From a virus, in the IMG/VR virus record IMGVR_UViG_3300023184_000036: DNA of 64,000 nucleotides; one strand, written 5' to 3'. The position numbers were made by a program, and so were the translations under genes. Each line of letters starts with the position of its first letter. Position 1 is the first letter of the stretch. A model generated the notes under the pieces. It made no database searches. It was not told the DNA's origin and saw only the letters and a program-made list of their open reading frames with translations. This document shows, one piece after another, positions 9,949 to 19,386 of this stretch.

Positions 9949-10650
9949 TTATGAGTTCTCCGCATAGAACTGCCAAACTCTATCCCACCAAGTTGCAGTC
10001 CAGTCATCAAATTCATCACCAGTAATAATCCAACGTTGTGGTTCACAGTTCTTACTACACATTAAGATAACAATTTGTTTGATATCTGTGCCAAATATTT
10101 CATTATGAGCAGCAGCATAAGCGGCACCTTGAATAAAATAATCATGAATCCATTCAGTTTTTTTAGGTTTATTGGTTTGTTTATAGTCTATAATACTTGG
10201 TTTACCATTATAAACACCAACAAGGTCAGTAGTGCCAGCATAAAGCTGTGGATAATATAGTGCAGTTTCCATACCCCAAAATTCTTGAAGTTGTCCTTTA
10301 AGATATTCATCAATAATAGTATTTGCCATTTTAGCACTTTCTTGATGAACAGCATTACTACCTGTTTTTAATTCACCATGTTCCAACCAATTTTCAAGTT
10401 GTTTGTGCATACTAGTTCCACGACCAGCGGCTTCTGTTGTGATTTGTTGTGCTTTTTCAACACCAACACGCTGTTTCCATTCACGCAATGCTATAACTTT
10501 TTCTTTTGGTTTGGTTTTGTCAAGAATAGTAGTTACGCTTGGAACAATATCACCAGTAGGTGTCAGGTATCTACGACCTGCTTCTGTTTCTTTACGTTTA
10601 ATTTCGCTATAATTATATTGTTGATTATACTTTACCAGGATATTTGCCAA
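9949..10650 (-). CDS. PD-(D/E)XK exonuclease (lambda-exo/Cas4/MGME1-like)
   Basis: PSVTTIL, RGTSMH, E...AGTTD...IIDYK, Q...Y motifs. Confidence 0.85.
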   Translation of the reverse strand: MANILVKYNQQYNYSEIKRKETEAGRRYLTPTGDIVPSVTTILDKTKPKEKVIALREWKQRVGVEKAQQITTEAAGRGTSMHKQLENWLEHGELKTGSNAVHQESAKMANTIIDEYLKGQLQEFWGMETALYYPQLYAGTTDLVGVYNGKPSIIDYKQTNKPKKTEWIHDYFIQGAAYAAAHNEIFGTDIKQIVILMCSKNCEPQRWIITGDEFDDWTATWWDRVWQFYAENS

Positions 10651-10970
10651 GAGATATTTGTCCCATCAGTTGATATACGACTGATAGTATAACCCAATTT
10701 GGCAAAGTTGTCAATAACACTTTGCATTTGTCCAGTGGCAAGCGCATTGGCTGTGCTTGTTTGCCAAGCAGTATAATATTGTGTAGCTAGTGTCATTGGT
10801 GTTCCAACAACAGTATTACCATTTAAGGCAGTTGTTGTAGTTTTGTTTACAGTAACGGTAACATTACCAGCAGTAACTGCTCGCAATACATTTAGATTTA
10901 ACAATGCAATTTCTGTTTCGGTTGCTACGCTTGTTACACTTTGTGTTCTGGCATTTGTTGCTGTAAACAT
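10632..10970 (-). CDS. Hypothetical, probable virion protein
   Basis: Thr/Ala-rich 112 aa; TAAATA late-type motif upstream. Confidence 0.65.
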   Translation of the reverse strand: MFTATNARTQSVTSVATETEIALLNLNVLRAVTAGNVTVTVNKTTTTALNGNTVVGTPMTLATQYYTAWQTSTANALATGQMQSVIDNFAKLGYTISRISTDGTNISWQISW

Positions 10971-10989
10971 ATTATTTTTCCACTAATAT

Positions 10990-11922
10990 TTAGGATACAC
11001 TTTTGCTTTTTGTTTTGCCGCCTGCTTGTCTTTTACGTCTGCCAGCACAATGTGCTTTCTGGCTAAAACCTTTTGGATGACTGCAATTAATACTTTTCTT
11101 ATATTTTTTAGTCCATGTTTCAGTTATTTTCTGCATGGATTTTTTAACTTTATATTTTTTACCATCAACAATAAAGTATTCCAAACCTTTTTCACGTGCA
11201 GTTCTCAAAGCACCACTAAAGGCATTACCTTCACTTAAACTTAAATCATTGTCAATTGCTTTTAGATGTGCGTCATTTAGTTTGTTAAGATCACCTTCAT
11301 TACGAAGTAACTTAAAAGCGAGATTTTCAACACCAAATTCACCCTCACGCTCTAATCCACTTTGGCGAAGTTTCTTAATACGTTCTTTTAAACGTTTTAT
11401 AGTTGCACGGTCACCACTTTCTACCGCTTGGTCTATTTCAGCATGTAGATGTTCAAACTTGTCTTGAATGTTTGTAGTGTCTGGATTTGCTACAATTGTT
11501 TTAGGAAATTTAATCCAATTATTATTATAAATGCTGTAAATACCATTTGATATATGCTTTTCGTCACTGCGTTGAACATACACTTCTACGGCGTGACCAT
11601 AAATGCTTATATCATGTTGATCATTAAATGCACCTTTTTTAGCCATAAACAATTGGTCAAGGTCTTCTTCGCAAGGACCATTTACATCAGCAACAAGATG
11701 TAGGTCAATATCACTATCTGCATTATAATTATAACTTGCATTACTTCCACTTATTGTTATATCAGTTAATTGTAGATTTGGAATGTTTATAAAATCAACA
11801 AATGCTTTGGCAATCTTAAACAATGCAAGACGGACTTCTGGTTTAAGGCGATTGTTTTCCCATAAATCAGGATTCAACTTGTCATGAAATTTTGTAAGTT
11901 GTTCTAAATCACCAATGCGCAT
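10990..11922 (-). CDS. Pol-beta-superfamily nucleotidyltransferase with C-terminal basic peptide modules
   Basis: GSNASYNYNADSDIDLH (GS...DxD) plus third acidic residue in VEVY; helical C-lobe. Confidence 0.8.
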   Translation of the reverse strand: MRIGDLEQLTKFHDKLNPDLWENNRLKPEVRLALFKIAKAFVDFINIPNLQLTDITISGSNASYNYNADSDIDLHLVADVNGPCEEDLDQLFMAKKGAFNDQHDISIYGHAVEVYVQRSDEKHISNGIYSIYNNNWIKFPKTIVANPDTTNIQDKFEHLHAEIDQAVESGDRATIKRLKERIKKLRQSGLEREGEFGVENLAFKLLRNEGDLNKLNDAHLKAIDNDLSLSEGNAFSGALRTAREKGLEYFIVDGKKYKVKKSMQKITETWTKKYKKSINCSHPKGFSQKAHCAGRRKRQAGGKTKSKSVS

Positions 11923-11934
11923 AAGGTATTTAGA

Positions 11935-12366
11935 TTAAAAACGTGATGCTCTTGCAGCCATTTTATCAACCGTTGCACGTTCTGGACTACGACCATTACC
12001 TATTGGAGCACTGCTTTGTTCTGGTTCTGGCGCAGGTTCTGGCATAGGTGCGGCACCGCCTTGTTCTGCTCCAAGATCACCTTCTGGTTCACCCATTGGT
12101 TCCGCATCAAAGTCATCACTTTTACCAATAGTGATGTAATCTTCATTAGCATCACCAATTAGTTCATCAAGTGCAGGAAATTGTTTTTTCAAACCTTCTA
12201 ATGCTTCCCAGTTAAAACTATAACCAGCATTATTCATAAGATTTGTGATGTTACGCATTGGAATTTTTGTGCCAGGTTCTGTCTTATTTTGCAAATATTG
12301 CAAAATTGTCATCAAAGTTCCTACTTGACTACGAACAAAATCTGGCGCAACTTCCAAGAGTTTCAT
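11935..12366 (-). CDS. Hypothetical late protein with acidic Pro-rich C-terminus
   Basis: 143-aa ORF coupled to upstream gene. Confidence 0.7.
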   Translation of the reverse strand: MKLLEVAPDFVRSQVGTLMTILQYLQNKTEPGTKIPMRNITNLMNNAGYSFNWEALEGLKKQFPALDELIGDANEDYITIGKSDDFDAEPMGEPEGDLGAEQGGAAPMPEPAPEPEQSSAPIGNGRSPERATVDKMAARASRF

Positions 12367-12368
12367 TA

Positions 12369-13286
12369 TTAAACTCTCTTACCACGACCTAATTCGGCAG
12401 TTCCGCCAGCGGCACTATCAGCAGTATCTAAATCACCGCCATCACGTGGAGGCATTGGTGCTGCACCTGTATCAACTGGTTCAGCAGTAGGAGCAGGTGC
12501 TCCACCTAAATCACCAACTGGTGCGGCACCCATTGGTTGTGCACCATAAACACCACGTGCTGCATTATCAAGTGTATCACGTGCTGTATTTGCACTGTCA
12601 AGCAATCCTTGTAGAACTTGCTTGGTTGAATCATTAAATGAATTAGCTTGTTCCATGCCAATTTCATCCTTCATTGCACTGACAAGTGCTGGAAGTTGTT
12701 CATTTTGCATAGTGCTAATCTTTTCAACAATATCTTGAACTGTATCAGCAAGGTCACGTGCAGCCATAGTAACACGAGCCTGTTCAATTTCACCTTCTGT
12801 TAATGCTGGTGGTAGAACAATACTTTCATTCTTTGCCATTTTTGTAGCAGTAGCATACATAACTTCTTTACCACGCTTGCCATAACGCTTTTCAAAATCA
12901 CCACCACGCTTTTTAAGTGACTTTACAAAGTGTTCTTTCTTCTTTGTTTCGCCTGGTGTCAACTCACGTTCGTTAAGTTGGGTTGTGCAATATTCATTGA
13001 TTGCAATCATCTTTTCTGCGAGTGCTTTACGACCTGCTGCCATTTCATTCTTCCATGTTTCAAGGACTTTTGTTACCATAACAGCTTCCATATATTTTGG
13101 ATTACGTTCTGCATGATGAACTTGTGAACTCTTACGAATTGTGTTTATTTGACTCTGAACAGTTGAAAGCATTTGGTTAACACTGCCTTCTGTTAAACTG
13201 TCAAGATTAAGCTGCCACTTATAAACTTTCTCTAATTGCTTATTAAGTTCTGCGGCAGAAAAATTACTAAATTCTTTAACAAACAT
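12369..13286 (-). CDS. Coiled-coil putative head/internal protein with inserted basic module
   Basis: TAAATA and AGGA RBS upstream; MFVKEF start; KRYGKRGKEVMYATATKMAK module flanked by LNE and LTE. Confidence 0.65.
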   Translation of the reverse strand: MFVKEFSNFSAAELNKQLEKVYKWQLNLDSLTEGSVNQMLSTVQSQINTIRKSSQVHHAERNPKYMEAVMVTKVLETWKNEMAAGRKALAEKMIAINEYCTTQLNERELTPGETKKKEHFVKSLKKRGGDFEKRYGKRGKEVMYATATKMAKNESIVLPPALTEGEIEQARVTMAARDLADTVQDIVEKISTMQNEQLPALVSAMKDEIGMEQANSFNDSTKQVLQGLLDSANTARDTLDNAARGVYGAQPMGAAPVGDLGGAPAPTAEPVDTGAAPMPPRDGGDLDTADSAAGGTAELGRGKRV

Positions 13287-13309
13287 TTTAATGTCCTTGT
13301 TTTAGTTAT

Positions 13310-13744
13310 TTATTGCAAAGAGAGACTTTTTTCTAATTCTCTCAACTGTTGTTCTAACAAATCAAGGTTAGTTTCCACATTTTCTAATCTATCATCCAAG
13401 ATTGGATTATATTTTGTTTTTAGTCTACGTTTAAAACGTTCTTTGTCATCCAATAGCATATCTAATTGATGGTCATAGGCAATCATTTTATGGGAATCAG
13501 TATAGCGTTTTTTACATATTAATGCTGCAAATAGTATAGCAATACGGCGTTGTTTGAAAGTAGAAATTGTTGATTTTCCTCTTTCAACATTCCATATACC
13601 ATTGCTATTCTTGATTTTAATATCATTAACCACAAAAGTATTACCTACCGATTTTACAATGATATTTCCACGTTTAGACATATCATTATAGGAATCAGTG
13701 ATAAACTTTGCTATTTTGTTGAATTGATATTTTTCGCTGTTCAT
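13310..13744 (-). CDS. Hypothetical protein
   Basis: 144-aa ORF with C-terminal coiled coil. Confidence 0.65.
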   Translation of the reverse strand: MNSEKYQFNKIAKFITDSYNDMSKRGNIIVKSVGNTFVVNDIKIKNSNGIWNVERGKSTISTFKQRRIAILFAALICKKRYTDSHKMIAYDHQLDMLLDDKERFKRRLKTKYNPILDDRLENVETNLDLLEQQLRELEKSLSLQ

Positions 13745-13779
13745 ACAAGTATTTTATCAAACAGCATTATAATTGTCAA

Positions 13780-14055
13780 TTATAAGTGCGGATTTTTCGC
13801 AATATAAATTATCAACCCTAATAGGGCTGTTAGTAGTGAGCCAATAATGCCAATTCCCAAGCCAACGAGTTTTTTATAAGCCATAGTTTCTTTCTCGATC
13901 AACATATTTTTGATCTCGCTGACTATGGATTCGACTGTAGCAAGTCTTGTTTCCATAGTATTCATTTTTTCATCCATTCTTTCATAACGCTCTGCACAAA
14001 GATCAACGTGTGCTTCTAAACTTTCACGTTCATTTTCATAAACTTTAGTTGCCAC
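13780..14055 (-). CDS. Coiled-coil protein with single C-terminal transmembrane helix
   Basis: GGAG RBS before GTG at 14055; TATAAATA at 14081-14088; hydrophobic LVGLGIGIIGSLLTALLGLIIYI. Confidence 0.7.
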   Translation of the reverse strand: MATKVYENERESLEAHVDLCAERYERMDEKMNTMETRLATVESIVSEIKNMLIEKETMAYKKLVGLGIGIIGSLLTALLGLIIYIAKNPHL

Positions 14056-14094
14056 TTTGTTCTCCAAATGCAGTGCAAAGTATTTATAATATGG

Positions 14095-14442
14095 TTAAAT
14101 CATTAAAAAGTGGGTGTTTTTGTGTTCACTGTCTATTAGAGCACAGTTTATGTCAAAATCAATAGTTTCATTAAGTCCAGATATAATAGGAAGATGCTGA
14201 ACTATTTTTTCAAGTTCAGTTATGTTTATGTTTTCAGTAGAATCAAAATCAAATATCCAGACATTATGAAAACCGCTATAGTTTTTACCAAAATCTAAAC
14301 CAGTTAAATCTCTATGAATTTTCTTTGGAAAGTTTTGAATTTCAAAATTGCAATATAGACTTATAGATTGCATAAGTGAAACCCAATTTTTATTTGGATT
14401 TGTTTCTGTTCCCAAATCTATAAGTGTTAAACAACGTATCAT
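14095..14442 (-). CDS. Hypothetical protein
   Basis: Start placed at MIRCLTLIDLG because the longer ORF would run through a terminator. Confidence 0.6.
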   Translation of the reverse strand: MIRCLTLIDLGTETNPNKNWVSLMQSISLYCNFEIQNFPKKIHRDLTGLDFGKNYSGFHNVWIFDFDSTENINITELEKIVQHLPIISGLNETIDFDINCALIDSEHKNTHFLMI

Positions 14443-14459
14443 AAGAGTATATAGACAAT

Positions 14460-14487
14460 AAAAAAGGGCGGTAAAAATACCGCCCTT
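14460..14487 (-). terminator. Rho-independent terminator after 14511..14945
   Basis: AAGGGCGGTA/TACCGCCCTT stem, 4-nt loop, U tract on minus strand. Confidence 0.85.
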
Positions 14488-14510
14488 AATTCTACTATAT
14501 TCACCCACTA

Positions 14511-14945
14511 TTAAGTGTATGAAAGTTTGAAACCCTTGTTCACGAAAAGTGAAGTAGTTGCGTTAGTGCTGTTGTTACCATAGTAACCACTACCGTTACC
14601 ACCGTTACGAACAATTGCCTGAACTGCTGATGCAATACCAGCGTCAGTTGTTGCATAACCTGCTGCACCTTCAAGAAGAAGACTGATGTTACCACCACTA
14701 CCTGTTTCAATTTGGTATGCAAGAACTGTAATGTTTGCTGAAAGTGTCTTCAAGATACCTTCAACACCAAGGTTTACACCAAGTTCGTTTGTAAGATCGG
14801 TTGCTGCACCACCAGAACCTGCAATATAACCTGCAAGAGCTACTGGTTGCTTACCAATGAAACTTGCACCTGCTGCTGTGCTGATAAAGCCCTTGCCGTC
14901 ACCAACAAGACCAACGTTACCATTTACACGATAAAAATCTGCCAT
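14511..14945 (-). CDS. Probable abundant virion protein (head decoration-like)
   Basis: Gly/Ala/Thr-rich; own TATAAATA (14986-14993), GGAG RBS and terminator make a monocistronic late unit. Confidence 0.6.
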   Translation of the reverse strand: MADFYRVNGNVGLVGDGKGFISTAAGASFIGKQPVALAGYIAGSGGAATDLTNELGVNLGVEGILKTLSANITVLAYQIETGSGGNISLLLEGAAGYATTDAGIASAVQAIVRNGGNGSGYYGNNSTNATTSLFVNKGFKLSYT

Positions 14946-15013
14946 TTTAATACTCCAAAATCTGCGTTTATTAATACGCTAATAGTATTTATATTACTGG
15001 AAAGAAAAGAGCT

Positions 15014-15277
15014 TTATTTGCTCTCATTTATTCGTCTTAAGCCACGAACAAATTTAGCTGGTTCTTGTGTGCGTATGCTATTCAGCAATCTACGTTCAAG
15101 TTCTTCTGCCTCTGGAGTATCATATGTTTCACGTAGTTGATTAATTAAATTAATAGCACTATTAATGATATGATTGGCACGACTTTCAAGAACGTGTCCA
15201 CTATCTTTGCCTATTGACATATGGCTTAATTCATCAAGAATACTGCGAGATTGTTTACGCAAATTACTTACTCCCAA
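15014..15277 (-). CDS. Hypothetical protein
   Basis: 87-aa helical ORF; TAAATA at 15280-15285; start uncertain. Confidence 0.65.
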   Translation of the reverse strand: MGVSNLRKQSRSILDELSHMSIGKDSGHVLESRANHIINSAINLINQLRETYDTPEAEELERRLLNSIRTQEPAKFVRGLRRINESK

Positions 15278-15282
15278 ATTAT

Positions 15283-16305
15283 TTAGGGATTTTTACACTT
15301 TGCAACTTTTCCACAAACATTGTCGCATTGAATTAAACGACCAGTTTCATAACTATCTTTAGTCCATGAACTTTCTACACTACTAAACCATTGTATGCAA
15401 GTTTCTAACTCATTTTCATGCAAGCTATTATGTTTTATCAATGGTTTAATTTGACGATTTAAAAATCCATTATATCCTTGATCATAGGTTAATGGATTAA
15501 AAGCCAAATAACAACAAGGATAAACTAATCCATTTGCAGCAATATAAACTGAACTATTATCTTTTGTAAAACAAGAATGTATTAATCCTTGAACATATGG
15601 TCGATGACGATATGTTTTATTTGGGTCACTTTGAAATTTTATTATATCTTCAATATCAGTAAACCCTTTGTAATTTCCTAAAATACGAACTAACTTACCA
15701 CTGCGGTCAAAAACTGGACCAGTATTTCGTCCATGATCAACTATTTCAAATCTTGCAAATCCTAGTTTTTTAGAAAGTAATTGTGCCTCTTCAATTTGAT
15801 GTTTATTATGATCAAATCTTATCATTTTCCAAGTAGCAACTCCGCCAGCATCCATATAAGTTTTTGCATTTTGAAGTATTCTGTTAAAATTGGTATCTTG
15901 CCGATATATTTCATGTGTATCTTCTAAACCATCTAGGCAAAAATCTACAATTGTATCTGAAAATTTTCCAAGTTCATGCCAAAAATCTGCGTTTCTTGCA
16001 CTACCGTTTGTGCTTATTCTTATCCCCAATGGCGAATAACACGATTTAAAATAATCTAATATTTGTAGAGATTCTAAATTAGATGTAAAATCTCCAAAAT
16101 TTCCATTAAGTAATATTCCACGTTCAAGTTGTGAAATAAATTGTGGGGAAAATGAATGTTTAATTAAATTAAGTGTTAAATTAGTTTCTTCATATCCACT
16201 ATTGTATGGATAACCAAATAAGTTTCTTGGACAAAGTGGACATCTAGCATTACATAAACTACTAAATTCCATATGTAAATGTCTGATTTCTTTTAAACTG
16301 ATCAT
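15283..16305 (-). CDS. Radical SAM protein (paralog of 309..1157)
   Basis: CNARCPLC, GNFGD, DGLEDTHEIYRQ; C-terminal YPCC and CDNVC. Confidence 0.85.
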   Translation of the reverse strand: MISLKEIRHLHMEFSSLCNARCPLCPRNLFGYPYNSGYEETNLTLNLIKHSFSPQFISQLERGILLNGNFGDFTSNLESLQILDYFKSCYSPLGIRISTNGSARNADFWHELGKFSDTIVDFCLDGLEDTHEIYRQDTNFNRILQNAKTYMDAGGVATWKMIRFDHNKHQIEEAQLLSKKLGFARFEIVDHGRNTGPVFDRSGKLVRILGNYKGFTDIEDIIKFQSDPNKTYRHRPYVQGLIHSCFTKDNSSVYIAANGLVYPCCYLAFNPLTYDQGYNGFLNRQIKPLIKHNSLHENELETCIQWFSSVESSWTKDSYETGRLIQCDNVCGKVAKCKNP

Positions 16306-16332
16306 TTCTATATTTAAATAGTATACACAATC

Positions 16333-17616
16333 ATGAATGAAATCAAATCAAAATTAGAAAAACGTGGTAAATTTTTTTGTCCTGCAAAGTGGCAAGAATT
16401 ATATCTGTATTTGAATCATGGTAATACAAACAGTTGTTCTCATCCAATACCACACAAAATACCACAAGAAGAACTTAATGAAAGTTTGTTTGCTTTACAT
16501 AACACCAAACATAAAATGAAAGTTCAGCAACAAATGCTTAATAACGAAATCCCCGATGAGTGTCATATGTGTTGGCATTTAGAGAATAAAGGAATTATGA
16601 GTGATAGATTTGTAAGAGGCAGTCACTGGGAATCTTCTATAGACAATCTAAAAGTAGATAAAAATCATATTCCTAAATTTATAGAAGTTGTATTTGATAA
16701 TTTATGTAATTTAAGTTGCAGCTATTGTGATAGTGGTCAAAGTTCAAAATGGACAAACATTTTAGAAAAAACAGGTCCATGGGAAATAGAAACAGATGAT
16801 AGAAATTTATATAACAAAATTAACATAAAATCAGGGTTTGTAAATAAAACTTATATCGACGCTTGGAATAATTGGTGGCCGTTAATTAAAAATCAAGTTG
16901 AGTTTTTAAAAATAAGTGGCGGCGAGCCTTTAATCAGTCCCAATTTTTGGAATACCGTATACAAAGTTGATGAAAGCAATCTGAATTTAAATTTAAGTAT
17001 TAACAGTAACATGTGTTTTGATAAGAAATATATTCTTAAATTAATAGAAATTGCAAAAAATTATAAAACGATCAAAATTTCAGCAAGCATTGATGCAACT
17101 GGAAAAATAGCAGAATATACCAGAAATGGTTTAGATTATGATTTATTTTTAGAAAATATTAATTATTGGTGTGATAATAGTCCAGATAACTGTTATCTAA
17201 GTTTGCAAAGCACAGTTAATATTTTTAACATCTGGGGCATTACCGACAAGTTTGATTTGCATTTGAATTTAAAAGAAAAGTATGGAACTAAAATAAAAGA
17301 ATGTTATAGCACTATTGTTAGATTTCCAAAATTTCAAAATTTTTTATTATTACCATATAGTATCAGAAAATCTATACATGAAAAAATGTCTGCATGGTAT
17401 GAAAGTAAAATTGATAAATTTTCCGAAAAAGAAAATATTTTTATTAAAAAAACATTCCAAAATCTTCTATCGGAAAATGATGAGCATAATTTTGAAAAGA
17501 AAAAACTTTACAAGCAAGATTTAATTAAATTTGTAAAAAATTATGACAAATTTAATAAACATAAATTTGAAAATGTTTATCCAAAAGAATTTATTGATTG
17601 GTTGAATGAAGAATAA
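16333..17616 (+). CDS. Radical SAM protein with N-terminal Cys/His-rich auxiliary segment
   Basis: CNLSCSYC, SGGEP, SID; N-terminal CPAKW..CSH..CHMCW. Confidence 0.85.
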   Translation: MNEIKSKLEKRGKFFCPAKWQELYLYLNHGNTNSCSHPIPHKIPQEELNESLFALHNTKHKMKVQQQMLNNEIPDECHMCWHLENKGIMSDRFVRGSHWESSIDNLKVDKNHIPKFIEVVFDNLCNLSCSYCDSGQSSKWTNILEKTGPWEIETDDRNLYNKINIKSGFVNKTYIDAWNNWWPLIKNQVEFLKISGGEPLISPNFWNTVYKVDESNLNLNLSINSNMCFDKKYILKLIEIAKNYKTIKISASIDATGKIAEYTRNGLDYDLFLENINYWCDNSPDNCYLSLQSTVNIFNIWGITDKFDLHLNLKEKYGTKIKECYSTIVRFPKFQNFLLLPYSIRKSIHEKMSAWYESKIDKFSEKENIFIKKTFQNLLSENDEHNFEKKKLYKQDLIKFVKNYDKFNKHKFENVYPKEFIDWLNEE

Positions 17617-17685
17617 AAATTAAAAAACTCTATTTTTCAAGATAATTAATATATTATAGGCAAATTTAGGCATAAAGGGCAAACA

Positions 17686-19386
17686 ATGAAACTACCAGAA
17701 AACGCACAGGCACAATGCGAACAATTATTAAAAGAATTTAGAAGAAAAATACCAGATGATGCGGCATATAGTGATCGCCTTGTTGAAGAAATAGAAATCA
17801 TACTGGGATTACGTTTTACAGAATACTTCTTACAGGTCCGTGAAATATTAGATATGACCACTGATTTACCACACATGACTCGTGGTAGTGCAGGCAGTAG
17901 TCTTGTATGTTGGGCATTAGGAATTACAGACGTTGATCCTATAAAATGGGATATACCACTTTCACGATTCTTAAATCCACACCGTGATGATTTACCAGAC
18001 ATAGACATAGACTATCCACATTGGGCACAAACTACAGTGATGGAACGTATATTCAAACGCTGGCCAGGTAAAAGTGCACGAATTAGTAACTATGTTACAT
18101 TCAAAGAAAAAAGTGCCAAGCGTGAAGCAGCACGACGACTTGGTGCAAAAGGTAAATTACCTCGCAACTTCAAATACGATGATCTTGACATTGACATAGG
18201 GGAAGCCATACGTATTGAAAAGAAGTTGCTTGGTAAGAAACGAGCCATCAGCAAACACTGCGGTGGCATACTTGTGTTCAAGCATAATCTACCAAAAAGT
18301 CTAATAAATGCCGATAATCAAATACTGTTAGACAAACATGAAGTAGAAGACCTTGAACACTTGAAGGTTGACATACTTGCTAATCGTGGTTTAAGTCAAC
18401 TATATGAAATAGAACCAAATATGAGTTTAGAAGACTATCCTGATTATGATGAAGCAACTATAAATCTACTTTGCAATGGTGATGTATTAGGTGTAACACA
18501 AGGTGAATCACCAGCAATGCGACGATTGTTCCGTGCAATACAACCAAAGTCACGCAGTGATTGTGTATTTGCTACTGCACTTATACGTCCTGTTGCTACC
18601 ACTGGTCGCCAAAAAGCAAGTTTCTTTCATGACTGGACTGAACAACGATTAGAAGAAAGTATTGTTTATGAAGATGATGCTATCAAAAAGATAAGCAAAC
18701 TTATTGGTTGTGATATCTATGAAGCAGATATGTATCGTCGTGCATTTGCCAAAAAGAATGAAGAAAAAGTTTATGAGTTTATGCACCGCATGGGAACACA
18801 TCCTAATAAAACAGAAATTATAGACGAACTTTATCAACTTGGAAACTTTGGATTATGCCGTGCACATGCTGTAAATCTTGGTAGATTGATTTGGGCGTTA
18901 GCATATCAGAAAGCGCATAACCCAAAACCATTTTGGGCAGCATATCTTAAACACTGTGAAGGCAGTTATCGTCGTTGGGTTTACAAGAATGAAGCCAAAC
19001 GTGCTGGTTGGGATTTACGTGATTTAGGTTACAATTACAGTTTACTAAACGACTCAATTTATGAATATCGCAAGTATGGATGGTGGGGAGATCAAGAGTT
19101 CTTATCAGGTTTTTATTGTTCTAATCAGTATCTGGACCGTTTTGAATTTGCTGGTCTTGTTGCTAATGGTCGTGTATTCAAAGGTGAAGGTGGAAAGTAT
19201 ATTACATTCTTGACACTTGGTGTTGGTAACGGAAAATATATTGACCTATTGGTAAAAGGTCCAGTTGCATATCATGATTATGATGTTGTATGCGGAGTAG
19301 GCAAAGTTAAAACAAGCAATGGCAGTCAATATATTGAATGTCAAAATGTGCGGACATTAAAATTGGAAAAATTTATTTCTGCTTAA
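17686..19386 (+). CDS. dnaE: DNA polymerase III alpha-like (family C) lacking the PHP domain
   Basis: RGSAGSSLV, GITDVDP, RFLNP.R..LPDIDID, KHCGG, KVDIL, LIRP, CRAHA motifs; OB-like C-terminus. Confidence 0.88.
   Translation: MKLPENAQAQCEQLLKEFRRKIPDDAAYSDRLVEEIEIILGLRFTEYFLQVREILDMTTDLPHMTRGSAGSSLVCWALGITDVDPIKWDIPLSRFLNPHRDDLPDIDIDYPHWAQTTVMERIFKRWPGKSARISNYVTFKEKSAKREAARRLGAKGKLPRNFKYDDLDIDIGEAIRIEKKLLGKKRAISKHCGGILVFKHNLPKSLINADNQILLDKHEVEDLEHLKVDILANRGLSQLYEIEPNMSLEDYPDYDEATINLLCNGDVLGVTQGESPAMRRLFRAIQPKSRSDCVFATALIRPVATTGRQKASFFHDWTEQRLEESIVYEDDAIKKISKLIGCDIYEADMYRRAFAKKNEEKVYEFMHRMGTHPNKTEIIDELYQLGNFGLCRAHAVNLGRLIWALAYQKAHNPKPFWAAYLKHCEGSYRRWVYKNEAKRAGWDLRDLGYNYSLLNDSIYEYRKYGWWGDQEFLSGFYCSNQYLDRFEFAGLVANGRVFKGEGGKYITFLTLGVGNGKYIDLLVKGPVAYHDYDVVCGVGKVKTSNGSQYIECQNVRTLKLEKFISA

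Noticed and set aside
9949-10650. Cas4/CRISPR adaptation function for the exonuclease
   Set aside because: Lacks the four Fe-S cysteines of Cas4; no cas genes or array nearby
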